Shown here: positions 1 to 10,197 of the stretch, piece by piece
How the letters are laid out: each line of letters opens with the position of its first letter
How positions within the stretch are numbered: position 1 is the stretch's first letter
Origin: Bacteroidales bacterium UBA6117
Lineage (GTDB): Bacteria; Bacteroidota; Bacteroidia; Bacteroidales; VadinHA17
DNA: 64,000 nucleotides
Direction: 5' to 3'
Assembly (NCBI GenBank): GCA_002428385.1
Contig: DIWB01000003.1
Location: forward strand, 366 to 64,365
Program-made: the position numbers and the translations under genes
The notes under the pieces: model-generated
What the model saw: the letters and a program-made list of their open reading frames with translations, nothing else
What the model was told of the DNA's origin: nothing
The model's database searches: none

Positions 1-2
1 TA

Positions 3-1028
3 GAAAGAGCTGAAGCTTTCGCGACCAGAGGTGATTATTCTCAGGCAATAAATGATTACAATTCAGCAAACAGCGTTTCGTCTGGTTCAGGGGAATACGG
101 ACTTTCCAGGATATACGCACTGAAGGGTGATGCCGCGACTGCCGTTTACCACCTTGAACTATGCCTCGGATCGGAATACAGGAGAAGTGAAAAGGAGATC
201 ATGCTCGATCCTTCATTCAGCCTTGTTGAGAACCGGCCGGAGTGGCGTCAGTTCTGGAAGAGTGACATTTACAGTTCCGTCGAGAAGGGAATTGCGGAAA
301 TTGAGTACAACCTGTCGACCGGTAATATTTCCGATGCAAAGACTGTGTTTACAAGTCTTACGGGGAGTTATCCGGGAAATAATGACCTGGCCTGTGCAGG
401 AGCTTTGATCAGTTTTAACGAAAAGAAGTATCCGGAGGCCCTCAAAACGCTTGACGGCATTCTTGCAAATGCACCAGGCAATGAAAAGTATTTAAAGCTC
501 CTTGCCTTAACACAGGAAGCATCGGGCAATCCTGCAGGAGCTTCTTCTACCTATACACGACTTATTGCAGCAGGTACAGCCGAACCTGAGCTGCTTTTAC
601 TCAGGGCTGAGAGTTACAGGAAGACGGGAGAAACAGACAGGGCGCTCGGGGATGTGGAAAAATTCCTTGATCTTTATCCGGGTGACAAAAAAGCTCTTAG
701 CCGGGCAGGCCGGCTTTCGGCCGCGTCAGGCGATAATCTGAAGGCGCTCACTTATTTCTCGGAAAATCTCAGACTTCATCCGAACGACGCAGAATGCTAT
801 ATCGACAGGGCTGACTCGTATTTTGTGTCGAAATCGTGGGACTTTGCAGCGAAGGACTACAGCATGGCGCTCGACCTTCAGCCCGAGAACCCGGAGGCCT
901 GGCTGAATATGGGCATAGCCCGGTTGAGCATGGGTAAAAAGGACGATGCCTGCTTTTATTTCAGAAAAGCTTTCGGACAGGGAAACAAAAAGGCCGCGGA
1001 ATACCTTAGTAAAAACTGCATAAAATAA
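3..1028 (+). CDS. TPR-repeat protein, 5' end cut by the window edge
   Basis: Frame 3 is open from nt 3 and continuous with the 201..1028 ORF. Translation shows repeated TPR-like helical units, e.g. AECYIDRADSYFVSKSWDFAAKDYSMALDLQPENPEAWLNMG. Family-level call only. Confidence 0.7.
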   Translation, partial: ERAEAFATRGDYSQAINDYNSANSVSSGSGEYGLSRIYALKGDAATAVYHLELCLGSEYRRSEKEIMLDPSFSLVENRPEWRQFWKSDIYSSVEKGIAEIEYNLSTGNISDAKTVFTSLTGSYPGNNDLACAGALISFNEKKYPEALKTLDGILANAPGNEKYLKLLALTQEASGNPAGASSTYTRLIAAGTAEPELLLLRAESYRKTGETDRALGDVEKFLDLYPGDKKALSRAGRLSAASGDNLKALTYFSENLRLHPNDAECYIDRADSYFVSKSWDFAAKDYSMALDLQPENPEAWLNMGIARLSMGKKDDACFYFRKAFGQGNKKAAEYLSKNCIK

Positions 1029-1074
1029 GGGGTCTGCAAGTCCTGCAAGCCCTGCCGCGCACCGCGACCGCTTC
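1029..1074. repeat. Short tandem oligomer repeats filling a convergent intergenic gap
   Basis: ggggtCTGCAAGtcCTGCAAGccCTGCCGCGCACCGCGACCGCttc. CTGCAAG is repeated, followed by CCGCGCACCGCG, which also occurs as the reverse complement of the heptamer block at 61213..61239. No hairpin seen. Confidence 0.5.
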
Positions 1075-3978
1075 TCACCTTATATTCTTAAGTATCTTGT
1101 CGAACAGGTCGTGCGGCTTGAAAGGCTTCAGCACATAGTCGTTGATACTCAGATCGGCAATCTTATCGTGGTTTTCGGACATTATAGCGGCTGTAAGAGC
1201 CACAACCGGAATATTGCTGATTTCAGGATTGCTTGATTTTCTTATCATGCGGGTGGCTTCAATTCCGTCCATCACGGGCATGTGAAGATCCATGAGAACC
1301 AGATCGAAATCGGCTTTTTCGAGCATTTCCACTGCAAGCTGACCATTTTCGACATGAGTCACCTTTACTCCCCAGCCGGAAAGGAACTTGTTGGCAACAA
1401 AGAAGTTGATCTTATTGTCCTCTGCCACGAGGATTCTTTTGCCTTCCAGCCCGACGTAGGTCTCAGAGGCTTCACCTGCATTAGACCTGATTCCTTGTTC
1501 AGAGATTCCGAATGAAAGAACGAACCTGAAAGCAGAACCTTTACCGGGCTCGCTTTCCACATCAATCTTTCCTCCCTGAAGCTCAACGAGTTTTTTGCAG
1601 ATCGCCAGCCCCAGCCCCGTGCCTCCGAAATGTCTTGTAGTATCCGGAGAAGCCTGAGTGAAGCTTTCAAATATCATGTCGTGCTTGTCTTTTTGTATTC
1701 CCATACCGGTGTCCTTTACCACAAATTCAACGTTGGTCTTGTTGTTCTTTCTTTCAATCTCCTTCAGGGTCACATGGATATAACCCGATTTTGTGAATTT
1801 GAGGGCATTTGAAAGAAGGTTGGAGAGGATCTGGTTGAGACGGATGGGATCGCCGATGACTTCATTCGGAAGATTGTCGTCCCTGATTATTTCAAATTCA
1901 ATATTCTTTGACCGGGACCGGAATGAATAGGTTCTGAGAATATCATTCATGAAATCAGTGAGGCTGAAAGGAGTCTGTTCAAAGACGATTTTCCCTGATT
2001 CCATTTTGTTGTAATCGAGCACATCGTTAACAAGGGTGAGGAGATGATTTCCCGAAAACCTCAGTGTCTTTATGAAATCCATCTGGTCCTCCCTGGGATT
2101 GCCCTGAAGAAGGAGGTTGGTTATTCCTATAACTTCGTTGAGGGGTGTCCTTATCTCATGACTCATTGTCGACATGAACTGCTGTTTCGACTGGGCGGCT
2201 TCTTCAGCTTTCCGGCTTGCCTGGATCATATTGTCAATCATTGTCCTGCGCTGTATTGCAATGGCTATCTGATTGGCAATGAATTCAAGCACATTGACGT
2301 CTTCCTGAGTGAACTTGTTCTCGTCATGATAATCCTGAAGAGCCATTACTCCAATGATCTCCTTTTCGGCTTTCAGGGGAACACCCATCCATACCTGGCA
2401 GGGAGTTCCTACAAGCGCTATATCACCCGAGTTCTCGAGATCTTTCAGGTCATTTAATTTGAGCAGAACCGATTTCCTGAGTCCTATTACCCATTTTGTT
2501 ATGGTTTTTCGTGCAGGTACATTCTCGAATTTGTCCTGTTCGTCGGAGAACAGCGGCATCGACAGTGTATCGGTCCTGGCGTCATACAGGGCGATGAAGA
2601 AATTGTTCGTATCCCATATCTTGCCGAGCTCTTTCACTATTGTAGGATAAATATCCTTAATGTCGATCTGGTTCAGAGCGGCAGTTGAAATGTTATAAAG
2701 AATTTCCTGGATGGTCTGAACCTTTCGTTCCTGGGTAACATTCCTGAAAATCCCCAGTGAGGCTGCTGTTTCGCTGTTTATCAGCAGATTTGTTGCTGTG
2801 AGCGATACCTGGATCAGGTTCCCTGATTTATCGTGCAGCAGGGTGTTTTTGATCATTCTCTCTTTTTCACGCAACAGCTCCTCCAGCGTGCCTGATTCCG
2901 TCTTCAGGTTGTCGGGAGTTATCAGTTCATCAACGGTTCTGCCAAGGGCTTCTTCCCTTGTGTAGCCAAACATAGAAGTGAATTCCTTGTTTACGCTGCT
3001 TATCCTTCTTTCACGGTCAATAATTACGATTGCCTCGGGGATGGAGTCGACCAGGTGTTCAAGGAAGGCCTTCTCCCGGTTTATCTGGTCCTCATAGCTT
3101 TTTTGTTTGCTGATATCCGATACAACTCCCCTGTAGCCTATCTTAAGGTTGTCATGGAACAGGGCAAAAGAATGAGTAAGTATTGGCACCGGAGATCCAT
3201 CCTTTTTCGTGGCGTAATATTCATTGCTTGAAATCTGGTCGGGGGAGTCCAGATGCTTAAGGTTTTCGATCATTTGCGGATAATTCTCAGGGAATACCTT
3301 TGAGATATGAATACCTTCCGTTAAATCCTTCTTTGAATATCCGAAAAACTTCAATGCCTGGATGTTGCCATAAATGATATTTCCTGAAAGATCGACTTCA
3401 TAAATCATTTCGGGAAGCATATCTGCAAAGTTTTCGAAAATGGTATTTTGCTTTGAGAGGTCATCCTCGCTTTTTTGCCGCGTGGAAGGCTCCCATGTAA
3501 CGAGTATGTTTCCTGAGGCAATGCTGAATCCTATGTAATGACCAAGTGAGTCGTCGCCATTATCCGAAACTGAAAGTTTCGTTGCACATCCTGTTTTCTT
3601 TGTATCAATTATAAGTCTTACGAGCCTTTCCTTGTTTGCCAGGGGGGTCTCATCAAGATATTTGTCCTTCGTTTCTGACCTGCGAACCGATTCGATAAGC
3701 GCCGCCTTATCGTTCAAGTCAAGGATCTTTATCCTTCTGTCTTCAGTTATTCTGAACAAGGCAAGGTACGCGCTTACAGTTTCAAATATCTCCTTAATTG
3801 TATTGATCGGTGTAAAAGCCCTGTTATCTGCATGGTTGTTCTGGAGATGGATCCCACTTACCGATCTGAGCCGTTCAACTTCTTCAGTCAGTATTTTGTT
3901 GGCCTGGAGAAGCTCTTCATATGTAATTTTAATGTCAGGCATACTGGAGTCAGAATTTGGCAGGAATGAAATTTTCAC
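1075..3978 (-). CDS. Hybrid sensor histidine kinase / response regulator (PAS-PAS-GAF-HisKA-HATPase-REC)
   Basis: 967-aa ORF with H-box SHEIRTPLNEVIG, ATPase boxes KDTGMGI and GGTGLGLAICKKL, and a C-terminal receiver ILVAEDNKIN...DLVLMDLHMPVMDG...LKPF. PAS/GAF-like segments lie upstream. Confidence 0.9.
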   Translation of the reverse strand: MKISFLPNSDSSMPDIKITYEELLQANKILTEEVERLRSVSGIHLQNNHADNRAFTPINTIKEIFETVSAYLALFRITEDRRIKILDLNDKAALIESVRRSETKDKYLDETPLANKERLVRLIIDTKKTGCATKLSVSDNGDDSLGHYIGFSIASGNILVTWEPSTRQKSEDDLSKQNTIFENFADMLPEMIYEVDLSGNIIYGNIQALKFFGYSKKDLTEGIHISKVFPENYPQMIENLKHLDSPDQISSNEYYATKKDGSPVPILTHSFALFHDNLKIGYRGVVSDISKQKSYEDQINREKAFLEHLVDSIPEAIVIIDRERRISSVNKEFTSMFGYTREEALGRTVDELITPDNLKTESGTLEELLREKERMIKNTLLHDKSGNLIQVSLTATNLLINSETAASLGIFRNVTQERKVQTIQEILYNISTAALNQIDIKDIYPTIVKELGKIWDTNNFFIALYDARTDTLSMPLFSDEQDKFENVPARKTITKWVIGLRKSVLLKLNDLKDLENSGDIALVGTPCQVWMGVPLKAEKEIIGVMALQDYHDENKFTQEDVNVLEFIANQIAIAIQRRTMIDNMIQASRKAEEAAQSKQQFMSTMSHEIRTPLNEVIGITNLLLQGNPREDQMDFIKTLRFSGNHLLTLVNDVLDYNKMESGKIVFEQTPFSLTDFMNDILRTYSFRSRSKNIEFEIIRDDNLPNEVIGDPIRLNQILSNLLSNALKFTKSGYIHVTLKEIERKNNKTNVEFVVKDTGMGIQKDKHDMIFESFTQASPDTTRHFGGTGLGLAICKKLVELQGGKIDVESEPGKGSAFRFVLSFGISEQGIRSNAGEASETYVGLEGKRILVAEDNKINFFVANKFLSGWGVKVTHVENGQLAVEMLEKADFDLVLMDLHMPVMDGIEATRMIRKSSNPEISNIPVVALTAAIMSENHDKIADLSINDYVLKPFKPHDLFDKILKNIR

Positions 3979-4024
3979 TGTACTTTATTCTATAGAACGT
4001 TAATTTGTGCGGTAACTGTATGTA

Positions 4025-4678
4025 TCATACATATGTCTGCCTGTTTTTTTCAGTATAGTATCTGCAAAACTCCCTTAATCCGCACTCACTGCAAAGCGGA
4101 GCCCTGGCTTTACAGACGTATCTTCCGTGGAGAATAAGCCAGTGGTGAGCTTTATGGATCATTGACTGCGGGATGTAAGTTGTCAACTGAAGTTCGGCAC
4201 TTAACGGTGTTCTGGCGTTTCTTGTCAGGCCTATCCTTGCAGCGACTCTGAATACATGGGTGTCGACGGCCATAACTGGCTTATTGTAAACCACCGATGC
4301 CACTACGTTTGCGGTTTTCCTTCCGACACCCGGCAGTCTCTGCAGTTCCGACGGATCGGAAGGTACAACTCCTCCGAATTCACTGACCAGCATTTTAGCC
4401 ATTGCCACAAGATGCTTTGCCTTGTTGTTTGGGTAGGAACATGATTTGATGAACTCAAGTACTTCCGGCTGCTCAGCCTTTGCCATCGATTCCGCATCGG
4501 GATACCTTTCAAGAAGGGCAGGAGTGATCATGTTCACACGTTTGTCGGTGCATTGTGCTGACAGTATTACGGCAACGATCAGTTCGAAAGGGTCTGAGTA
4601 TGAGAGCTCTGTCTCTGCAATCGGCATGTTGACACTGAAATACTCAATTGTTTTGCGGTATCTTTCTCTGGTAGTCAT
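4025..4678 (-). CDS. nth: Endonuclease III (DNA glycosylase/AP lyase)
   Basis: HhH motif LPGVGRKTANVV and Fe-S loop CKARAPLCSECGLREFC (C-x6-C-x2-C-x5-C). 217 aa is the typical length. Confidence 0.9.
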   Translation of the reverse strand: MTTRERYRKTIEYFSVNMPIAETELSYSDPFELIVAVILSAQCTDKRVNMITPALLERYPDAESMAKAEQPEVLEFIKSCSYPNNKAKHLVAMAKMLVSEFGGVVPSDPSELQRLPGVGRKTANVVASVVYNKPVMAVDTHVFRVAARIGLTRNARTPLSAELQLTTYIPQSMIHKAHHWLILHGRYVCKARAPLCSECGLREFCRYYTEKNRQTYV

Positions 4679-4830
4679 ATAAGGATGAAAAGGCGGATCT
4701 AAAGTTAGTTTTTTTTATCAATGAATGTAATCCTTCTGCAAGCGTACCGCTCTTGAGGATAAGGATATTTTGGGGTTTTATATGTGATTCCGTATGTTTT
4801 GTTAACTTTATCGGGCAAAGGAGAAGTCAA

Positions 4831-5868
4831 TTGGAAAAAATAGTAATCAAGACAAGTGATTCTGTTTCGGATATCCTTGTAGGTGAAGGCTGGGAGATGG
4901 TTCATGAACTGCTGCCCGAATCGGGTGTCGCAATCCTGACTGACGAAAATATTTACAGGATTTATGGAGACAAATTCCCCGGTTTCCCGGTATTTCAGGT
5001 AAGACCCGGAGAGTCAAGCAAAAAGTTGCGGGTTGTTGAATCACTGGCCGGAGAGCTTCTGGAGGCCGGGATCGACCGGGATGGGTTAATTCTTGGCATC
5101 GGTGGGGGTGTAGTATGCGACCTGGCAGGATTTCTGGCTTCCATTTATATGCGGGGCATCAGATGCGCTTATGTCTCTGCTTCGCTGCTTTCCCAGGTCG
5201 ACGCCAGTACGGGAGGAAAAAACGGAGTGAACCTTGAGGGGGCAAAAAATGTTCTTGGCTGCTTTAAACAGCCGGAGTTTGTCATCTGTGATCCGCTGAT
5301 GCTGGAGACCCTGCCCGAGGAGGAATATTATTCGGGACTTGCCGAACTTATCAAGACAGCGCTTATTGGCGACAGTAAACTATTTGAGTTTATAGAGAAC
5401 AATCATGCGGGAATATCCCGTCGTGATCCGGGACTGCTTTCAATGTGCATTTCAATGGCTGTGAACTTTAAGGCAGCTGTTGTCACTGAAGACGAAAAGG
5501 AGACCGGACTCAGGCGTATCCTTAATTTCGGGCATACTTACGGTCATGCAATGGAGATGTTTAAATCGTACCGGCACGGATATGCTGTTGCCGCCGGAAT
5601 GGAACTTGCCTCCGGCTTTTCACTCTCCAGGGGAATGATAACAAGGGAGGAACATGAAAGGATAACAGGTCTGCTTAAATCATACGGATTACTGCTGAGT
5701 CATGACATTCCGGACGACCAGATAACTCAGCTGATAATGAAGGACAAGAAAAAGTCGGGAAATGACATAAACTTTGTATTCCTGAACGGAATAGGCAAAG
5801 CAGTGGCTGAAAAGATCACTGTGAAAGAAGCAGCTGAGTTTTATATTCGGAGTAAACCCGCCAAATAA
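4831..5868 (+). CDS. aroB: 3-dehydroquinate synthase
   Basis: Motifs GIGGGVVCDLAGFLAS and NFGHTYGHAME. The track ORF starts at ATG 4753, but its first 26 codons look non-coding. An in-frame TTG at 4831, preceded by aaaggagaag, gives (M)EKIVIKTSD and about 346 aa. The start is uncertain. Confidence 0.85.
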   Translation: MEKIVIKTSDSVSDILVGEGWEMVHELLPESGVAILTDENIYRIYGDKFPGFPVFQVRPGESSKKLRVVESLAGELLEAGIDRDGLILGIGGGVVCDLAGFLASIYMRGIRCAYVSASLLSQVDASTGGKNGVNLEGAKNVLGCFKQPEFVICDPLMLETLPEEEYYSGLAELIKTALIGDSKLFEFIENNHAGISRRDPGLLSMCISMAVNFKAAVVTEDEKETGLRRILNFGHTYGHAMEMFKSYRHGYAVAAGMELASGFSLSRGMITREEHERITGLLKSYGLLLSHDIPDDQITQLIMKDKKKSGNDINFVFLNGIGKAVAEKITVKEAAEFYIRSKPAK

Positions 5869-5878
5869 CGTACAGTAT

Positions 5879-6874
5879 ATGAATTCTTTCGGTAACGTGT
5901 TCAGAGTTTCGGTTTTTGGAGAGTCGCATGGCAATGCCATCGGTGTTATTATTGACGGCTGCCCTCCCGGGCTAAGTGTCAGTCCCGATGATTTTATGCA
6001 GGATCTCTCGCGAAGGCGCAGCGGATCAAAGGGAACAACCCCGCGCAGCGAGACAGACACCCCCGAGATACTGAGCGGAGTATATAATGGAAATACAACC
6101 GGGGCACCTCTTACCCTTGTCACCAGAAACAGTGACAGAAGATCGGCCGATTATGATGAGTTCAGGAATGTCCCGAGGCCGGGTCATGCTGACTATGTGG
6201 CCGGAATAAAATACAAGGGTATGGCCGACATGAGGGGAAGCGGCCATTTTTCGGGCAGGATAACATGGGGACTGGTGGCCGCGGGCGTGATAGCAAAAAG
6301 AATCATTCAGCCGTCGGTTGTCAATGCCCGGCTTATATCCGCAGGGGGCATGAACGATGTTGATAAGGCAATTGAGAAAGCGCTTTCAGATGGAGATTCA
6401 ATCGGAGGCATAATCGAATGCAGGGTTTCAGATCCGGTTAAGGCTCTGGGCGAACCATTCTTCTATCCGGTTGAATCAGCTATCAGTCATGCCGTCTTTG
6501 CAATTCCCGCAATCAAGGGTATTGAATTCGGTTCGGGATTCGGGGCGGCTTCAATGAAGGGATCGGAACATAATGATGCTTTTGTTGATGACAAAGGGAA
6601 AACCCTGACAAACAACGCCGGAGGGATTAACGGAGGAATCACCAACGGAAATGAGATAATATTCAGAGTTGCCGTAAAACCTACATCATCGACCGGGGTG
6701 GAACAGAATACCTTCGATTTTGGCAGGAAGGAGATGACACGCCTGAATGTAAAGGGGAGACATGATACATGCATTGCCCTCAGAATGCCTGTAATTGTTG
6801 AAGCCGCCGCTGCCGTTGCACTGGCCGACTTTCTGATGATCGACAGGGGGATTAACGGGTTGCGGACTCACTGA
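5879..6874 (+). CDS. aroC: Chorismate synthase
   Basis: N-terminus FGNVFRVSVFGESHGNAIGVIIDGCPPGL and internal RPGHADY are characteristic. It lies 10 nt after aroB. Confidence 0.9.
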   Translation: MNSFGNVFRVSVFGESHGNAIGVIIDGCPPGLSVSPDDFMQDLSRRRSGSKGTTPRSETDTPEILSGVYNGNTTGAPLTLVTRNSDRRSADYDEFRNVPRPGHADYVAGIKYKGMADMRGSGHFSGRITWGLVAAGVIAKRIIQPSVVNARLISAGGMNDVDKAIEKALSDGDSIGGIIECRVSDPVKALGEPFFYPVESAISHAVFAIPAIKGIEFGSGFGAASMKGSEHNDAFVDDKGKTLTNNAGGINGGITNGNEIIFRVAVKPTSSTGVEQNTFDFGRKEMTRLNVKGRHDTCIALRMPVIVEAAAAVALADFLMIDRGINGLRTH

Positions 6875-6880
6875 TTATTT

Positions 6881-8227
6881 TCATTCGGACGGATCGTTCA
6901 TCTCAATCCTCAGTACCGTTCTTGTTGATTCAGTAACCCTGAACCTGTCATCAAGCCTTTCCCCCATTACCCAGACAATGTCACCGTCCGATTCAAGTAT
7001 CAGGGTTTCTTCCTTTCTTATCCTTGAAAACTTGTTATCGACAAAGTAATCACTGAGTTTCTTTCTGTTCTTCATGCCCAGGGGTACGAAGTAATCGCCC
7101 TCTTTCCATCTTCTTACAATAATAGGCAGCCTGATCTTTTCGCGGTCGATGGAAGCAATCCGCGGATCGCTTGGTATAGTGCTGCCGGTATCAACCGGCT
7201 CAAGCGAGGCTGACTTTACCGACGGGATACTCAACAGATCCTCCACGGATTCTATAAGGAGATCATCCTGCCGGTCGTGTCTGACCGGACTTACAATAAG
7301 TTCATTCCTGTTCTTCAGAATCCGGTGTGTTAATGTGAATATCTGTTTTCCGGTGGCTGCATTAATCAGTTTTTGAAGGTCTCCTGCAAGAGGTTTTGTT
7401 ATGCCCCAGGGGAAGAAGAGTTCGAACATCATTGCTTTGTTTTCACTGAATTCAGCCAGTTTCTCAGTATCAAAAACTATGGATTTGCCTCTTGGTACAG
7501 AAACCCGTAATCTGATGCCTTCGATGTGTTCCGAAAGTATTCTGTCGAGCCCGCCCAGCCTGAGCGCTGTATCATTGAGCGTCTCCTCTATAGATGGATT
7601 AATCTCCCTGAGAACGGGGATCACAAGATGCCTTATCTTGTTGCGCGTATATTTGGTTTCGGCATTCGATCTGTCTTCCCTGAATGGTATGCTGTATTCG
7701 TTGCACCAGGCTTCAATTCTTGCCCTGGTTGCAAAAAGGAGAGGCCTGATGATTCCATTGGCTGAAGGCTTCATCCCGGCCAGTCCTGTGAGTCCTGTGC
7801 CCCTTATGAGGTTAATAAGCAGAGTTTCAATGTTGTCGTTCAGATTGTGGGCCACGGCAACAAGGTTGCAGCCTTGCCGGATTTTTAATTGTTCAAACCA
7901 TTCATACCGCAGGTCCCTGGCGGCCATTTGTATAGATATGCCTTTTCCTTCTGCAAATTTCATTGTATCAAAAGATACTGAATGGAAGGGGATGTCATTC
8001 TTCCCTGCATAGTCCCTGACAAGTTCCTCGTCCCTATCCGATTCAACACCTCTCAGCCTGAAGTTGCAGTGGGCGATAACCGTATCGGCTTTTATCCTCG
8101 CGAACAGGTGAAGCATTACCATTGAATCGATCCCTCCGCTTACAGCCAGCAGTATCCTGTCATTCTTTGTGAACAGGGCATTCCTGGCAGCATAATCCTT
8201 AAATTCTTCAAATAAAGTCATAATCAT
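6881..8227 (-). CDS. tilS: tRNA(Ile)-lysidine synthetase
   Basis: PP-loop AVSGGIDSMVMLHL near the N-terminus, 448 aa. Its start overlaps the stop of the upstream Omp85-like gene by 4 nt. Confidence 0.9.
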   Translation of the reverse strand: MIMTLFEEFKDYAARNALFTKNDRILLAVSGGIDSMVMLHLFARIKADTVIAHCNFRLRGVESDRDEELVRDYAGKNDIPFHSVSFDTMKFAEGKGISIQMAARDLRYEWFEQLKIRQGCNLVAVAHNLNDNIETLLINLIRGTGLTGLAGMKPSANGIIRPLLFATRARIEAWCNEYSIPFREDRSNAETKYTRNKIRHLVIPVLREINPSIEETLNDTALRLGGLDRILSEHIEGIRLRVSVPRGKSIVFDTEKLAEFSENKAMMFELFFPWGITKPLAGDLQKLINAATGKQIFTLTHRILKNRNELIVSPVRHDRQDDLLIESVEDLLSIPSVKSASLEPVDTGSTIPSDPRIASIDREKIRLPIIVRRWKEGDYFVPLGMKNRKKLSDYFVDNKFSRIRKEETLILESDGDIVWVMGERLDDRFRVTESTRTVLRIEMNDPSE

Positions 8228-10197
8228 CTGAATGGTACTATGGATGGTTGACCTGGTTCAAAATTGTAAGGTCTCAGCATTTGCTCTCCTGATACCATTA
8301 ACGGGGTTGTGATTGAGTACGGCGGAACATTCGGATAAAAACCCAGCCTGATCTGTAATGTGTTAAGGATGAGATTGTCGTTCCTTACTCTGAGGCCAAG
8401 TCCGAAGGCCGACACAAATTCGCCCCTTGCCACGAACTGGTTAGTTCCGAAGAGAAATCCGGCATCGGCAAATCCGAATAATGCAAACCTGAAACCATAA
8501 AAATCAATCGGACTGAAAAGCACTGTTTCGAAGTTAAAGGCAAGTCTCTGGGTATTGCCAATTGAATCGTTCCGGAAGCCGGAAAAACCATCATCACAGA
8601 TAAAGGTCAGTGATTCGTCGTAATACCTGTCAAAACCCCGTGTATATTCAGCGTTTATAAAGTTCCTTATCCGGTATCTGCCTGTATAGAGAAGGTTCGA
8701 AATAAAATTGGCTCTGAACGAGAGGATGCCCTGTTCTGTTTTGTTATGGTTAATGAAGGTTCCGAAAGCGGCTGAATAATAAAGATAGCCCAATTTGTTA
8801 ACCGATTCGCCCAGCGATACGGATGCCCCGGCGTAGTACCTGTTCTTGAATTCATTGAATTCGCGTCCGGCAGTAATATTAAACAAAAGTCCGTGAGGGA
8901 TGTCTTCAGTGCGGCCATAGCCATAGATAAGGCTTGCCTTGTAGAATCTCTGGACTGAATAGGAGACAGAACCAAGGAAGAGGCGGTATTGCTGAAGATT
9001 GTGATAGGAGTCGGGATGGATATATGGATGCAGGAATACATTATTATTGGTGTATCGCACTCCGACGATGAGCCGGGTGACCGACTTGTTGTCGATAAGG
9101 AAAGATCTTAGGAGCCAGTAATCCTGTAAATTATATTTAACAGGATGCGGTTCGGGAAGGGAATCGAGATCCTCCGAGGTGATAGTTTTTCGGAGAGTAA
9201 TGTTCCCCGCGTATTTTGTTGCCGAGCTTATCAGCCTGCGGCCGACATCTATTCCATAGGTCTTTCTGCCCAGCCCGTCGTGAAAGAATAATCCCAGGTT
9301 GGTAAAGGTTTTTCCCAGGTTGTTCACTTTGTAATTTACTCCGAATCCGGGAGAATTTGTGGAGTCAATATCCCAGGGAACATCAATTCCGAATTCATGT
9401 CCCATTCCAAAGATATTCCGTTCGAACACGGATACCTTTCCTTTTCCGACTCCTGCCAGGCTGGCCGATGCCCCGAGGGAGTATATATCTTTTGTAACAA
9501 CTATAACATCTGCAAGAGAATCGGAAACGGGAACCACCAGAATCCTTGCGTCGTCGATATAGGGCAGTTCCCTCAGGTATCTCTCGTTGTCACTCAGGGT
9601 AAGAGGGGAGATGGTGTCGCCTGACCTGAAAAGGAGGTTCTTCTTTATTATGAGCTCGTTGGTATTGAAGTGAGTTTTGTTAAGGAGTCTTTCTGTTCTG
9701 TTTGGTTCAAAGAAATCAGGAGTGTTAATGTTTGAGCCAAAGACATTCAGTCTTTTGATTTCTATATTTCTGATTTTCAGGCCCGAAGTATTCACGAATT
9801 TCTCTTCGCTTGAGCCTGAGATCTCTTTTGTAGTTTCGGGATCGCGGTTGATGATAATGAAATCGTAGAGCTTTTTGGTGACCAGTGTTTTGGAAGCCTT
9901 GTTCTTTAAGGAATCGAGGAAGATCATGGTGCGGTGTTCTCCGTTTCCGGCAGGTGGAATGAGTCTTGAAGCCTCTGAATTGCCGTTCTCCGGCAGCGAC
10001 AGCCTTATCTTCCTGATATCAGGCAGAGGAAGACGCTCTTCTTTTTTACTTATTGCAGAATCTGCAGAAAATTGTCTCTGTGGGTAGGATGGCAGGAAAA
10101 TAAGTAGAAATATCTGGAAGCAGAAGAATCTCCGGATCAGCTGAAACCTTTTAATATCTTCATTTTCAGGTTTCATTCTGATTTTTGAGTAGAACAT
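8224..10197 (-). CDS. Omp85/BamA-superfamily outer-membrane barrel with a single POTRA-like domain
   Basis: N-terminal hydrophobic segment; a POTRA-like stretch (IRNIEIKRLNVFGS...LRELPYIDDARILVVPVSDSLADVIVVTKDI); an L6-like YTRGF; a C-terminal GLGLRVRNDNLILNTLQIRLGF resembling the surface-antigen barrel motif. The start could be M8 at 10176. Confidence 0.55.
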   Translation of the reverse strand: MFYSKIRMKPENEDIKRFQLIRRFFCFQIFLLIFLPSYPQRQFSADSAISKKEERLPLPDIRKIRLSLPENGNSEASRLIPPAGNGEHRTMIFLDSLKNKASKTLVTKKLYDFIIINRDPETTKEISGSSEEKFVNTSGLKIRNIEIKRLNVFGSNINTPDFFEPNRTERLLNKTHFNTNELIIKKNLLFRSGDTISPLTLSDNERYLRELPYIDDARILVVPVSDSLADVIVVTKDIYSLGASASLAGVGKGKVSVFERNIFGMGHEFGIDVPWDIDSTNSPGFGVNYKVNNLGKTFTNLGLFFHDGLGRKTYGIDVGRRLISSATKYAGNITLRKTITSEDLDSLPEPHPVKYNLQDYWLLRSFLIDNKSVTRLIVGVRYTNNNVFLHPYIHPDSYHNLQQYRLFLGSVSYSVQRFYKASLIYGYGRTEDIPHGLLFNITAGREFNEFKNRYYAGASVSLGESVNKLGYLYYSAAFGTFINHNKTEQGILSFRANFISNLLYTGRYRIRNFINAEYTRGFDRYYDESLTFICDDGFSGFRNDSIGNTQRLAFNFETVLFSPIDFYGFRFALFGFADAGFLFGTNQFVARGEFVSAFGLGLRVRNDNLILNTLQIRLGFYPNVPPYSITTPLMVSGEQMLRPYNFEPGQPSIVPFR

